Shown here in pieces: positions 19,809 through 30,444 of a stretch of DNA of 64,000 nt. A model generated the notes under the pieces. It saw only the letters and a program-made list of their open reading frames with translations. It was not told the origin of the DNA and searched no databases. This stretch comes from a virus (taxonomy: Duplodnaviria; Caudoviricetes): IMG/VR virus record IMGVR_UViG_2513237329_000013, positions 1 through 64,000 of that record; one strand, given 5' to 3'. The stretch's first letter is position 1. Each line of letters opens with the position of its first letter. The translations under genes and the position numbers were made by a program.

Positions 19809-22800
19809 TCAACGCAGCATTGAATTTCCAAAGCTATTTTTCAAGCCCTTTCTTTTCGCAGCCGACATAAGTTTTCCGATAGTGTACTCGGAATAATACT
19901 CAGCAAAGCCCTTCATATTTTCTTCCGTCACATTCTGCATCTGGAAGTAGTTCTGAATAGTAACACGATCATCCGTAGACGAATTATCTGTATTGCTATT
20001 GTCGTTTGTAATCGACTTAACAACCTCAGAAACAGCGGGTGATGTAGAAGTAAGATTGCCAATCAATGAGTCCAAAACACCAGTGATACCATATTTCAAC
20101 GAATTGAAAATACGCATATACTGATCTTTCGTCATGACAAGCTCTCCATCCTTCAAAACAGAAAGGACTTCATCAGCGCCGGTAGCTCGACCGCCAACAT
20201 AACCCTCATCCAAACCAGTATGGAATAGGCGCGGGCCATTTGCAGAATCAAGATACCAAACGCCATTCACTTTAACAACCTTGCGCCCCAATAGAGCGGA
20301 AAGCTGTTCGGCAAGATCCTCGTTCTCCTTAACCAAACGGTTCTTTTCTTCCTGCGTCTTTGCAGTATGCCAACCCTTACTATTTGTCTGCATCTTACTC
20401 AAAATTCTGTCGATTTGCGTTTGCTTATCATCAGCATTTTTTCCAGCGTAGGAAATTTCAGAGTTAATACCGTTCAGCGCAGACACGACATCACCGTATT
20501 CCTGCGCTGCTGCCTTAGCAGTTCGCCAAGCGGAGGTGATAGAATCTTCGCCGTCGATCATATCTCCATATTGCTTATTCCACTCAATTAGGTCTGCGTA
20601 TAGCTGTTCCCAATTGCTGTTGATGCGGGAAATGGCTGCATTATACACCTTTTCTTCCGTATCAACTGTGGACTTCACATAGGAAATTTCATCGTTTTTC
20701 GTGTCTTCAAAAGTATCAGCTTCTTTGTCCAAAGCATCAACTTGTGAATTATACGCATAATCTGCTTGATAGTCAGCCAACTCCTGCTGAAGCTGAGCCA
20801 GCTCTTGTGCCAGCTTTTGCTTTTCAGCATTTGCAGATGCACTCGTATCACGATCCAACTGCGCAAGCTTCGCTTGCTTTTCAGCAATCTCAGCTACTTT
20901 TTCTGCAACAGTTCTTTGATAGTCCTCTTCATCCTTAGTTGCAGAAAGAGACTCTTTCTTCAAATCAATGATTTTACGGAAAGCGTCAATCTGTGCTTCC
21001 AGAGCATCTACTTGATCCTCAGCCTCTTGACGAACAAGCTCCATCGTCATCTCAATGATTTTCGTTAGAGCATCTTTCTGTTCGTTGTAGATTTCAACGC
21101 CCGTTTCGCGCATGAGGCTGTTATACTCTTTCAGAGTTAAAACACCTTCTTCAAATAGGCGATTGATCTCTTTCAGCTTTTGTTTCAGGTAATCAACCTT
21201 GGTGAAGTTGAAATCTCCCCACAAATCAAAATCATCGGCATAATCAATGAAGTCATCAAATGTATCAAGAACATTATCTGCAATTTTAGAGTTAATGTCT
21301 TGAATATCATTATAAGCGCCCCACCATGCGTCAATACAATCTTGAATTGCTTCGTCGTTTTCGTCCAGTCCGAGATCACGCAGACGTCGTTCTTCCTTAT
21401 GAGCTTCTTCTTGAATCTTCTTTTGTTCTTCAAGCTGCTTATAAAGGTTGTCCAACATCGCATCCTTGGTCTGATTGTTGTCCAGCATATCATACTGGTT
21501 TTCCAACAGACTGAGCATATTGTTATGATTATCTACCGCAGTCTGGTAAATATCATGTAACATATCCTCAATCGTATCCTGATAATCCCACCACTTTTTC
21601 TGTAGGTCTTGGATATAATCAGAGGTATCATCTAAACCAAGCGCACGATACTTTTCAGCTTGTGCGTGGACTGTTTCTTGCATCTTCCGATAGATGGCAA
21701 TAATTTGTTCCGGAGTCCCGTCATTCTTCTCCAGAAGGAAAATTGAATGCTCAAAATTTCCAATAATATCGGATAGCTGGTCTTCCAAATCGTCCAGCTT
21801 ATCTTTAAGCTGTTCTTCTAATGTCTTATCGTCAATTGTCGCTTCGACTGTAGCGTTGAATGTGATCGGCGTTCCGGTTGAACCGGTCTTGCCTGTCTCT
21901 ACATGCAATCCGCCTGTCTGGACTCGACCTTTCGCATAAGCTGGGATAACACCCTTGAGCTGCTTGCCAGACCCGTGTACGATACGCTTTGTTTCAGCCG
22001 CAGTGTAAACACGGTCGCCCTGCTTGAGATTAACAACCTCAGCGCCATTTGCACCAGCAAGATAAGCTTTATCGCCAGACTGGATAAGTTCAGCTCCCTC
22101 TTCACCAACCAGCGCATCGCCAGCCGGTGCAGCACCAGTGCCAGAAGCATATCCGAAAATACTTCCAAGAATGCCGCTCTTACGCTTTGTGTCAATCGTG
22201 ACCGTAGCGGTTTGACCGTCCAAATGCTGAACAGCAGTTTGGACGCGCTTTACTGCGGTCTCTGCGTCGCTTGCGGCAGTTTCGATGTTATTAAACTGAT
22301 CAACAACATTATCAGTTGTCTCATCGTCAACATCCTCGACAGCCTGCGCAACGCCATCAACATTAGAAGTTACTGTCGCAAAGTCCAAACCGTTCAGATA
22401 CTCCAGCGCATCTGTCGTATCTTTAATTTCACCTTGCGAATTTGTGAGGGAAATACCGTCTGCTTCACCAAGCTTTGTGATTAGGTTTTCCGCCTGTTCC
22501 TTAGTGAAGTTTAGCTCAGAAAGAAGTGGGGCAAGAGCTTCTGCATCAACATTGACCGTAATACCATCGCTGGCTGCTAAACCAAGATTAGTAAGACTGT
22601 TCGTTAAACCGTCAATGCTGCCCTCTGCATCCAACAATACAACGCCATCGAGGTCTTGTAAACCTGTCAGAATATCATAGATTTCCTTGTCAGTCTTACC
22701 AAGAGTGATAAGCTGATCGGTAAGTGCCGAAACATTGATTGCTTTCTTTCCAGCATTCTCCGCAGATAGACCAATTTCGTCGATAACATCTGCGACCTCG

Positions 22801-25800
22801 TTCATATCGTAGAAATCAATATCTCCCCACATGGAGAGGGCTTCCAGACATGCAAGAACCGCATCTGTCGTAATACCCATCTTTTCGGCAATCGCGTCCA
22901 GATTATCCGGATCAATATCGAAAACATAAGCACCATCAGAATCTTTACTGATATCCAGTAATTTTTCGCCCTGATCATTGACTAACTGACCAGCCTGAGA
23001 CATCTGATATAGCCGTTCAACAAAGCCAGCACCAGCACTGTCAGCGTCCTCAAACACAATCTTGTTTTTCTCCATCGCGGAGTAGATTTCGTCAAGGCCA
23101 TCGCTCCATCCCCATGTAGATAGCTGATCGCTACCAAATAGGAATTCAGCCGCAGCCCAGAAAGCATTTGAGTTGGTCGTGCCTGCTTCAAACTGTTTAT
23201 TCAGTTCCTCAAAGGCTTCTGCATAAGACTTAAAGTCGGTATCCTTTTCCTCGACAGACATGGCAGCATCGTACCGTGCTTTCGCCTCAGTTACGCTATC
23301 AAACTTATCTACCATGCCATCAAGAGCATCGTTGAGCTTCAACGCCTGCTCTGTAATAAGAGCAACACCATCGCCACCCTCAGCCATAACCTGTAAGATA
23401 TGTGCGAGGAATTGCGCATTCATACCGTCTTCATCAAGAACACTGGCAAGAATTCCGCTTTCCTCAGCCAACTCCTTTACATTTTCCGCTGTGATACCAT
23501 CAAGTGTTGTCGAAAGAGTCATCAACTCTTCCTTAGCGTCAGCAAAGTTTTCAGAATTCCAAAGGCTCTTAATCGTGGTCTTGAGCTGTTCAGAATGTCT
23601 CCTTGCTACTTCCTGTTCGCTATTATACTTTTCGATTGCTGCAGTAATATCATCCCAAGTCGTTGCGCCTTGGTTAATAACCGCATCATAAGCAATCTCA
23701 AATTCCTCATCGGATAAACCGCGTAGCTTTTCTTTGACTTCATCAGCCTCAGCAAGCCATGCGTCTAACTCATGGAAATGTGCAGATGTACCAGGCTCAT
23801 ACTGTTCGTAGTTTTTTTGAACTAACGCCTCAGCAATAGCCTGCATTTTCTCGTTGACTTGCTTAGCCTGATTTTCACGCTGATTTAACTCGTCAAGCAA
23901 ACCAGCATAGTAGTCATTCGTACCAAGCGTTTTATCAACAAGTTCCTCAGCAGAATATGTACCATTCTCGTCGAAACTCAAATCGTTCTGAACCTGCTGA
24001 ATCAAATCCTTGCGCATCTTTTCAAACTGGTCAAGGCTTTCTGGCTTCGCAAGCTTCTGAGCAGCAAGGAAAGCGTCTTCCGCAATCATCTGATTGTTTT
24101 TATCAATCTGATCAATCGCGTCGGACAACGCAGCATCATATTCGTTATAAGCATCCGCAAGAACTTCAAACACCGGATTTTCACTTCCGAATTTGTCTCG
24201 AACTGCGTTCATCGCATCCTGTAGATACTTATAATTCGCCGCTAAATCTTCAAATGTGACATCTTTTAAGCCACCATCTGAACTATATACGCTTGGAAGG
24301 AAAATTGTTCCGCCGCCCTTGCTACCACTATCGTCAATGCCAGTAAAACCAAGCTCTTTGAGATACGCCATAGCGTCTCCAGCTTCTTTACCAGTTGCAG
24401 AATAAAAACTATGACTATTGAAATATCCGTCAAGCTCTTTTACGGCATCTTCTTTGGCAACATTAGCAGCACGAACACCTTTTGAAATATCGGTTTGTAA
24501 TTGCGTTCTGGCTGCGTCGATAATATTGTCTCGCAAATCTGCATAGCTACCAGACAAATTATCAACGGCAACGCCCTGATCTTTCAAATAGGAAATTAGC
24601 TCATCCTGAATAGCAATAAGGTCTTCCTGCGATCCAGTGCCAGCTTCAACAGCGTTGCTCAACTCAATATAAGAAGACGCGAGATCATACAGTTTTTGTG
24701 CGTCTTCCGCAGCGGCAGTACCAGCCTCAACAGTAGCCTGACGAGCTTCTTTAGCCTTGTTAATTAGTTTTGAGATTCCAGAAACAATTGCCGAAATAGC
24801 AAGACCAATACCAAGACTAATCAGCATATTCAGAGCGGTCTTTAACACCTGTACGCCGACGGCGGCAGCTTTTGAAGCAACACCCATTGCTGTTGTGGAT
24901 GCAGATGCGTTTGTCATGGATGAACGATATGCGTCAGTAGAAATCGTAGCATCATCTGTCACATGGACAGCCGTTTTCAGCGAACTACTTCCACGGCCAA
25001 TTGTATCGTTCCATACAATCTGGCGTTGTGTCAGATCACTTGTTGATGTGCCAAGACCTTGAATCTTTGTCTTGTATTCATCAAGTAGACGAATATCATT
25101 TTCTAATTCAAGCTTTCCACTATTCCATGCAAATGAAATGCCAGTACCAGTGCCAAGCCAATTCTTCGATGTGGTTGTTTTTAATAACTGAAGCTTATCA
25201 AAGAATGGGGTAATACCAGCAAGAATCGTAGGAAATGCACCAAGCGTTTCAATAAGTTTTGTGAGCCAACCAAGCAATCCAGTTCCGGCATCATATGCAC
25301 CCTTAATCAAATCACTATTCAAAATAGTCTTTGCAAGAGCCTGATACTGAGCTTGGAATTTTTGCTGCTTCGCCTCAATGCTGTCCATCCACTTCTCATG
25401 CTCAGCGAGAGCAGAACCCTCCGCATTAACGGAGGCGTTCATGGCACTAACAGCATCGTCCATATTTTCGATAGCCGCCGCCAGAGCGTTGCCCTGACGC
25501 TTACCGGCCAGCAATTCAAGCAATGCAGCCTGGTCGATATCGCTCATCTTTTCCCAGACCTTGCTAATTCCAAGGATAATTTCATATGTACTCTTGAAAT
25601 TATCAGCATCGGCCATAATATCAAAACCACCAGATCCATCAACATTGGTCAAACCCTTGATTTGATCTTGAAGCTTTGCTGTGCTTTCCGCCATATATTC
25701 GGTTTCAAGACCGGCTTCTTCAAGCTCAGTCTTTGCACCACGAATACGCATGGCAACGGTTTTCCACATTGTACCGACCGCAGCAGGATCTTGTACGACA

Positions 25801-27623
25801 TTATTCGCAGCAACAATCAGAGCGATTGACTCGTCAATTGTATTGTTTGCCGCAGCCATGGCGGAAGCGGAACGCTGCAAAGCATCGCCAACACCGCCAG
25901 AAGAAATAGCAAATTCATTGCCGATTTTATTAAATTTATCAACAATGGTCATTGCATCGCTGGCTTCAATACCAAACGCTTTCATTGTAGAAATGATAGA
26001 GCTGGTAGCCTCGTTTACATCGCTGATTTCATCACCAACGACGCTATAAATTGTAGCAACTTCTGCAAGATCAGAAGCATCAGCCATCGAATAACCAAGA
26101 CGAGCAAAATTAGCAGTTGCAGTTACATAGTCAGAATATGATGTACCAATATCAACTGCCTTTTGTGCAGCATCAGAAAGAAAACGGTCATACGACTCAT
26201 CAGTTTCGTCCGTAACCTTTTTCAGCTCGGTCATCGCTGTGTCCAAATCGACAACAGCGTCATAAAGACCAGTAACACCACGCATGATACCAGCGATAAC
26301 ACCGCCGAGTACCATCCAAGACCCCATCTTTGCAATATTGTTTTTCAGCTCTCCGAATAGAGACTGACTGTGTTTATCTGCGCTAATAAGTTCCTGCTCG
26401 AAAAGTCGAATTTTCGCATTTAGGTTTGTCAGTTCCTTTGAAGAACTAACCATCTGTGACTCATCAAAAAGCTGTTGCCATTTTGACATTAAGCTTGGAT
26501 CGGAAACAAATGCACTATATGTCTGCTTTAGATTCTGAATTCTAAGCTGCGCTGTTTGAATGTTGGAATTTAGCTTTTCTGCATCCAATAACTTCCCAGA
26601 GGCAGTATTATCAAGCTTTATCTGCTTAAACTGCTGTTCGAGTAGCGCAAGCTTATGACGATATGCGTCAAGATCGTTTGGATTTAGTGCATTGTCTAAA
26701 GCAGTCTTAGCCTCTTCTACGCTTGCCTTAAAATCACCGCCGAAAATACCGGCGTTTTGCCATTTCTTGATCTGTGTTTCAAGACTTGCCTGCAACTCAG
26801 CTTTTTGATTTGCAAAAGTATTTGCTTTCAAATCCGTTGCAGCATACGCAGAAGTTTGTAGTTCCTTTGCATAGCGCTGAAGATCAGCAACCATAGAGTC
26901 AATCTCTCTCTTATGCTCAGAAGAAAGAGTGGTGTTTGATTGCTTAATCTCTTCAATACGAGCCTTTACAGCATTCAACTTTTCTTGATACTGATTAAAC
27001 TGCTCCATATCACCAAGCAACGGCTTTGATGTGTTTGTCAATGTCTTGCTTGTAATATCAGCAATTTTCGTATTGATTCTGTTTAGATAGTTAAGCGTCT
27101 GCTCCAAATTAGAACCGGCGTTTTTATCTGTCAAAATAGAGTTACTTTGAACAAACCCTTTTATTGATTGAGCGCCATCTTTGATTTTTGCGAGATTAAA
27201 GTTAAACTTTTCTACAACGCCATCAGCCTTAGTAACGCTGGCAGTGAAACTTTGGATGTTTCCCTTAGAATCCTTAAAGACATTCGTAATGTCCGTCTTG
27301 CCAAGCTTACTGAATTCGGCCTGCGCCCGACTAACGATATCTTTGACTGACGTAAAGTAACGCTGACCGTTAGCCTTTAATTGCGTTGCATCAAAAACCT
27401 GCAACGGCTTATATGTGCCAGTATGGTTTGCACCACCGACCTGCTTGGCGATTGTTTGTAGCTGACTCTGCACCGTTTTAACGGAGTCTTCATCAAAACC
27501 AACCTTCAGCTTTACAGTGTGCGATTCACTCAAAGACTTAGCAATACTTGCAAGCTTAGAATCAAGTGAAGACTGGCTGTTCTCGTCAATCACGGCTTTT
27601 AATAGAATTTGCAGATCATCCAC
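19809..27623 (-). CDS. Tail tape measure protein (about 2600 aa)
   Basis: Long Ala-rich helical ORF with LDTAMTELKKVTD and FARLGYS motifs; GTG start after GAGGTG. Confidence 0.95.
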   Translation of the reverse strand: MDDLQILLKAVIDENSQSSLDSKLASIAKSLSESHTVKLKVGFDEDSVKTVQSQLQTIAKQVGGANHTGTYKPLQVFDATQLKANGQRYFTSVKDIVSRAQAEFSKLGKTDITNVFKDSKGNIQSFTASVTKADGVVEKFNFNLAKIKDGAQSIKGFVQSNSILTDKNAGSNLEQTLNYLNRINTKIADITSKTLTNTSKPLLGDMEQFNQYQEKLNAVKARIEEIKQSNTTLSSEHKREIDSMVADLQRYAKELQTSAYAATDLKANTFANQKAELQASLETQIKKWQNAGIFGGDFKASVEEAKTALDNALNPNDLDAYRHKLALLEQQFKQIKLDNTASGKLLDAEKLNSNIQTAQLRIQNLKQTYSAFVSDPSLMSKWQQLFDESQMVSSSKELTNLNAKIRLFEQELISADKHSQSLFGELKNNIAKMGSWMVLGGVIAGIMRGVTGLYDAVVDLDTAMTELKKVTDETDESYDRFLSDAAQKAVDIGTSYSDYVTATANFARLGYSMADASDLAEVATIYSVVGDEISDVNEATSSIISTMKAFGIEASDAMTIVDKFNKIGNEFAISSGGVGDALQRSASAMAAANNTIDESIALIVAANNVVQDPAAVGTMWKTVAMRIRGAKTELEEAGLETEYMAESTAKLQDQIKGLTNVDGSGGFDIMADADNFKSTYEIILGISKVWEKMSDIDQAALLELLAGKRQGNALAAAIENMDDAVSAMNASVNAEGSALAEHEKWMDSIEAKQQKFQAQYQALAKTILNSDLIKGAYDAGTGLLGWLTKLIETLGAFPTILAGITPFFDKLQLLKTTTSKNWLGTGTGISFAWNSGKLELENDIRLLDEYKTKIQGLGTSTSDLTQRQIVWNDTIGRGSSSLKTAVHVTDDATISTDAYRSSMTNASASTTAMGVASKAAAVGVQVLKTALNMLISLGIGLAISAIVSGISKLINKAKEARQATVEAGTAAAEDAQKLYDLASSYIELSNAVEAGTGSQEDLIAIQDELISYLKDQGVAVDNLSGSYADLRDNIIDAARTQLQTDISKGVRAANVAKEDAVKELDGYFNSHSFYSATGKEAGDAMAYLKELGFTGIDDSGSKGGGTIFLPSVYSSDGGLKDVTFEDLAANYKYLQDAMNAVRDKFGSENPVFEVLADAYNEYDAALSDAIDQIDKNNQMIAEDAFLAAQKLAKPESLDQFEKMRKDLIQQVQNDLSFDENGTYSAEELVDKTLGTNDYYAGLLDELNQRENQAKQVNEKMQAIAEALVQKNYEQYEPGTSAHFHELDAWLAEADEVKEKLRGLSDEEFEIAYDAVINQGATTWDDITAAIEKYNSEQEVARRHSEQLKTTIKSLWNSENFADAKEELMTLSTTLDGITAENVKELAEESGILASVLDEDGMNAQFLAHILQVMAEGGDGVALITEQALKLNDALDGMVDKFDSVTEAKARYDAAMSVEEKDTDFKSYAEAFEELNKQFEAGTTNSNAFWAAAEFLFGSDQLSTWGWSDGLDEIYSAMEKNKIVFEDADSAGAGFVERLYQMSQAGQLVNDQGEKLLDISKDSDGAYVFDIDPDNLDAIAEKMGITTDAVLACLEALSMWGDIDFYDMNEVADVIDEIGLSAENAGKKAINVSALTDQLITLGKTDKEIYDILTGLQDLDGVVLLDAEGSIDGLTNSLTNLGLAASDGITVNVDAEALAPLLSELNFTKEQAENLITKLGEADGISLTNSQGEIKDTTDALEYLNGLDFATVTSNVDGVAQAVEDVDDETTDNVVDQFNNIETAASDAETAVKRVQTAVQHLDGQTATVTIDTKRKSGILGSIFGYASGTGAAPAGDALVGEEGAELIQSGDKAYLAGANGAEVVNLKQGDRVYTAAETKRIVHGSGKQLKGVIPAYAKGRVQTGGLHVETGKTGSTGTPITFNATVEATIDDKTLEEQLKDKLDDLEDQLSDIIGNFEHSIFLLEKNDGTPEQIIAIYRKMQETVHAQAEKYRALGLDDTSDYIQDLQKKWWDYQDTIEDMLHDIYQTAVDNHNNMLSLLENQYDMLDNNQTKDAMLDNLYKQLEEQKKIQEEAHKEERRLRDLGLDENDEAIQDCIDAWWGAYNDIQDINSKIADNVLDTFDDFIDYADDFDLWGDFNFTKVDYLKQKLKEINRLFEEGVLTLKEYNSLMRETGVEIYNEQKDALTKIIEMTMELVRQEAEDQVDALEAQIDAFRKIIDLKKESLSATKDEEDYQRTVAEKVAEIAEKQAKLAQLDRDTSASANAEKQKLAQELAQLQQELADYQADYAYNSQVDALDKEADTFEDTKNDEISYVKSTVDTEEKVYNAAISRINSNWEQLYADLIEWNKQYGDMIDGEDSITSAWRTAKAAAQEYGDVVSALNGINSEISYAGKNADDKQTQIDRILSKMQTNSKGWHTAKTQEEKNRLVKENEDLAEQLSALLGRKVVKVNGVWYLDSANGPRLFHTGLDEGYVGGRATGADEVLSVLKDGELVMTKDQYMRIFNSLKYGITGVLDSLIGNLTSTSPAVSEVVKSITNDNSNTDNSSTDDRVTIQNYFQMQNVTEENMKGFAEYYSEYTIGKLMSAAKRKGLKNSFGNSMLR

Positions 27624-27688
27624 GCACAATCACCTCACTTATAAGTTGTTTAACTAATTTCTTATACAAAGAAAAGAAAGACACCAGA

Positions 27689-28174
27689 TTATCGAATCGT
27701 GATGCCTTTCTTCATAAGTCCTCGTTTTAATGCCTGCGTACATTTGCCAGAAGCTTGTAATCTCTCAATCGTAGTTTCTGTAAATGGGCGGGCTTTCGGT
27801 CTACTCCAATAGTCATAACCAGGATCACCAGATCCACCACGACCATGTTCAATCAAATACGGGAGATTCTTACTTACCGTAGCTCTGTCTCCGTTTCGAC
27901 CGTTCAGATATGGGTTTGGGTCAGTAATATTGATAACAGACAAAATACCGTTTTTTGCAGCATCGCCTTTAATCACAATATTATACGGATCTCCGATACC
28001 GCCAAAATCATATCTGCGCTGGTAATATCCAGATGTATCCATGCTATAAACGATGTCTTTAATTGCCTCAACCTCTTCATCACGAATGACAGGGAATACA
28101 TCGTTGGTTAAAGACTCATCGACAGCTTTTTTCAAATATGCCATCAGATCAGCCGTATTTTTGAACTGCGGCAT
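27689..28174 (-). CDS. Putative tail completion protein (HK97 gp10-like)
   Basis: Y.IEHG...RPF motif; position before tape measure. Confidence 0.55.
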   Translation of the reverse strand: MPQFKNTADLMAYLKKAVDESLTNDVFPVIRDEEVEAIKDIVYSMDTSGYYQRRYDFGGIGDPYNIVIKGDAAKNGILSVINITDPNPYLNGRNGDRATVSKNLPYLIEHGRGGSGDPGYDYWSRPKARPFTETTIERLQASGKCTQALKRGLMKKGITIR

Positions 28175-28190
28175 ATCGTTCCTCCAAAAT

Positions 28191-28217
28191 AAGAAAAGCG
28201 CCGGCATACGCCGGCGC
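28191..28217 (-). terminator. Terminator of moron-like gene
   Basis: GCGCCGGC-GTAT-GCCGGCGC-TTTTCTT. Confidence 0.75.
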
Positions 28218-28245
28218 AATACTCATAAATCAATTATTCGTCATT

Positions 28246-28809
28246 TTATTTTGAATCGCTTATCTTGTTTTGATTCTCTTCACATGTCTTAGATGTATTG
28301 TTAGCGTCAAACATTAGGAACATCACAAAACTAAATAGCCCGACTACGACAAAGAGCAAAATAAGCATAGCACAAGTCATAATGGTCATAATTGTTGTAT
28401 AGTTTTCTAATAATAAAACAATTAAAAACCCAATGTAGCATACAACCGTTACATATACTGCAATTTTTCGGAAACGCTTAAACTCACCACGAATCGGGCT
28501 TGTCTCTGGCAAACGCTTTACCCACCACCTGACAAAATACAAAGCGACAATCAACACAGCAAAGCTTGCAACTGCCAATATCGGCGTAGCTATGAAACAA
28601 GCAGATGCGGCGACAATAGGAAGTGCTATCAAAACCAAAACAAGCCAATTGATATTACTATCAACAAGCTTTGCGGTAAGAAGCATTGCTGGTAATGCGA
28701 CGAATGCAGAAAGTGGGAGGCATAGCAACCCAACAATAACGACAAGAGCTGCGCCATCGCCAGTCGATGCACTCAGCATAAACGGTCTCGGTCTTCTTCT
28801 CATAGGCAC
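28246..28809 (-). CDS. Multi-pass membrane protein, moron-like
   Basis: About 5 hydrophobic helices; own promoter and terminator. Confidence 0.75.
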   Translation of the reverse strand: MPMRRRPRPFMLSASTGDGAALVVIVGLLCLPLSAFVALPAMLLTAKLVDSNINWLVLVLIALPIVAASACFIATPILAVASFAVLIVALYFVRWWVKRLPETSPIRGEFKRFRKIAVYVTVVCYIGFLIVLLLENYTTIMTIMTCAMLILLFVVVGLFSFVMFLMFDANNTSKTCEENQNKISDSK

Positions 28810-28836
28810 ACCTCCTAATCACATAGTTATGCTTGT

Positions 28837-28865
28837 ATTATAGGAAAATCGCCTGCTAAAGTCAA
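28837..28865 (-). promoter_or_regulatory. SigmaA-type promoter
   Basis: TTGACT-17-TATAAT upstream of AGGAGG RBS. Confidence 0.75.
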
Positions 28866-28890
28866 CCGATACACATAGCTTTAATTGCTA

Positions 28891-29505
28891 TCAGTTGTTT
28901 TCTTTTGCGTTCTCCACGAAAGCTTTCGCAAGCTCTTCAGTAGAAATCTGTGTATCAGAAAGCCTACTCATGCTCGAAATGAAACCAGCCATTTGCTCAC
29001 CGCTGATATCGCCAAACACACTGTCCATCTGCTCTGCAAAACGAGAAATCTCACCAACCAATGTGTTGACACGCTGTTCCTGCACAGATAACATCTTCTG
29101 CGTCTCAAAATTAACTCTATCACGAACACCAGTTAAGAGCATCTGATATTGCGCATTGTCAATGCACCCGATAATATCGCCAATAATACCATTTGCACCC
29201 AACACCAGCTCATACGCCTTACTTTCATCGTTCGGCATCGTAAAATTCGCATAGTAAATGAGAATGTTCTTTCCAATGATATAACTCTGTGCGAGCGGAA
29301 CAATCATACCATCATTCGGCATAATAGCTTCTTTTACAACATCCTCAACAAAACGCATAGACTCTTCCAATGTAAGACGGAATTTTACCTCATATGTAAT
29401 AGTCTCATCACCAATAGAAAATGTACGCTGCATAATATCCGGAGTTGTCTCCTTACAAAAACGCTCAAGCGCGTTAATTGAAACACGATTAGTCTTCTTT
29501 GCCAT
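28891..29505 (-). CDS. Hypothetical protein (possible tail assembly chaperone)
   Basis: 204 aa ORF between major tail and tape measure genes. Confidence 0.6.
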   Translation of the reverse strand: MAKKTNRVSINALERFCKETTPDIMQRTFSIGDETITYEVKFRLTLEESMRFVEDVVKEAIMPNDGMIVPLAQSYIIGKNILIYYANFTMPNDESKAYELVLGANGIIGDIIGCIDNAQYQMLLTGVRDRVNFETQKMLSVQEQRVNTLVGEISRFAEQMDSVFGDISGEQMAGFISSMSRLSDTQISTEELAKAFVENAKENN

Positions 29506-29525
29506 TTATAGCATCCTCTCTAAGA

Positions 29526-30086
29526 TTATTTTTCATGTTTCTCAATTTTGATTTGGTCATCTTGATTTGACCGAATGTCATAGTTGTTAATTACAAAATG
29601 CCCAATCATAATTGCATCGGCCAGATTATCATTGTCCGTATCAATCCCGTACATTTCTTTCGCCGCTTGAATAGAGAGAATTTTTGACTCTTTCTTTCCA
29701 GACGCTTCCAAGGCTTTAATTTTATCTTTGATTTCCTTACTGCTCCGTCCTCTTGCTTTACAGTAGTTTTGCCACTGAGTTGGAGCAATGAAATCGTACA
29801 AGTATTCATTCTTCTCAAAGAGATTTATGAGGACTCCTTGAAGCTGCGCAAGCTTTTTGAAAGACTGTACATTTACACGAAGCTGAATATCTTCGATAAA
29901 CACAGCCGAAATATTATAGGTCTTGATAATCGTATCGACCAAACTCTCAATAGCAAGAATCGCTCTTGCGTATGTATAATCCTTATTTCCAAAAGAAAAA
30001 GTCCCATATGTTTCGAGCTTTTTCGTTTCATAGTCAAAAACAGCCCAAGCACCATTTCTGGCCTGGTCTATGGATAAAATTTTCAT
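29526..30086 (-). CDS. RuvC-like Holliday junction resolvase
   Basis: ILSIDQ, VFIED, LAQLQG, P.QW and DNLADAI acidic motifs. Confidence 0.85.
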   Translation of the reverse strand: MKILSIDQARNGAWAVFDYETKKLETYGTFSFGNKDYTYARAILAIESLVDTIIKTYNISAVFIEDIQLRVNVQSFKKLAQLQGVLINLFEKNEYLYDFIAPTQWQNYCKARGRSSKEIKDKIKALEASGKKESKILSIQAAKEMYGIDTDNDNLADAIMIGHFVINNYDIRSNQDDQIKIEKHEK

Positions 30087-30122
30087 ATCATCACCCTTCG
30101 CAAAGCAAAAGAAAGGGAGAGG

Positions 30123-30380
30123 TTATTCCTCTCCACTTTCAATATCCTGCGTAGGATCATCTACCTCATGTTTTGGTGATCGTACTGCGGAGAGACGCAC
30201 ACGCCCATTCTTGATTTCATAATAAATTTCCTCGCCAATACACTTGGAAATATCACAGTATTTCGGAATGCAGATTTGTACTTCTCGCGTTGTTTCTCCG
30301 TCTTCAACGAGCGCTACAACCACATCCAGATCACCAGCACAAGGCAACACATCGCATACAAAAATCTTGTTCTTACTCAT
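30123..30380 (-). CDS. Hypothetical protein
   Basis: MSKNKIF start after AAGGTG RBS. Confidence 0.6.
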   Translation of the reverse strand: MSKNKIFVCDVLPCAGDLDVVVALVEDGETTREVQICIPKYCDISKCIGEEIYYEIKNGRVRLSAVRSPKHEVDDPTQDIESGEE

Positions 30381-30444
30381 ATTTTCACCTTGCCTGTTGA
30401 TAGAAGAACGGGAGGGCGATTGCCCTCCCGAAGTGATTAACACC

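Noticed and set aside
28891-30443. Programmed tail-chaperone frameshift before the tape measure gene
   Set aside because: No convincing slippery heptamer joining adjacent frames was found by eye
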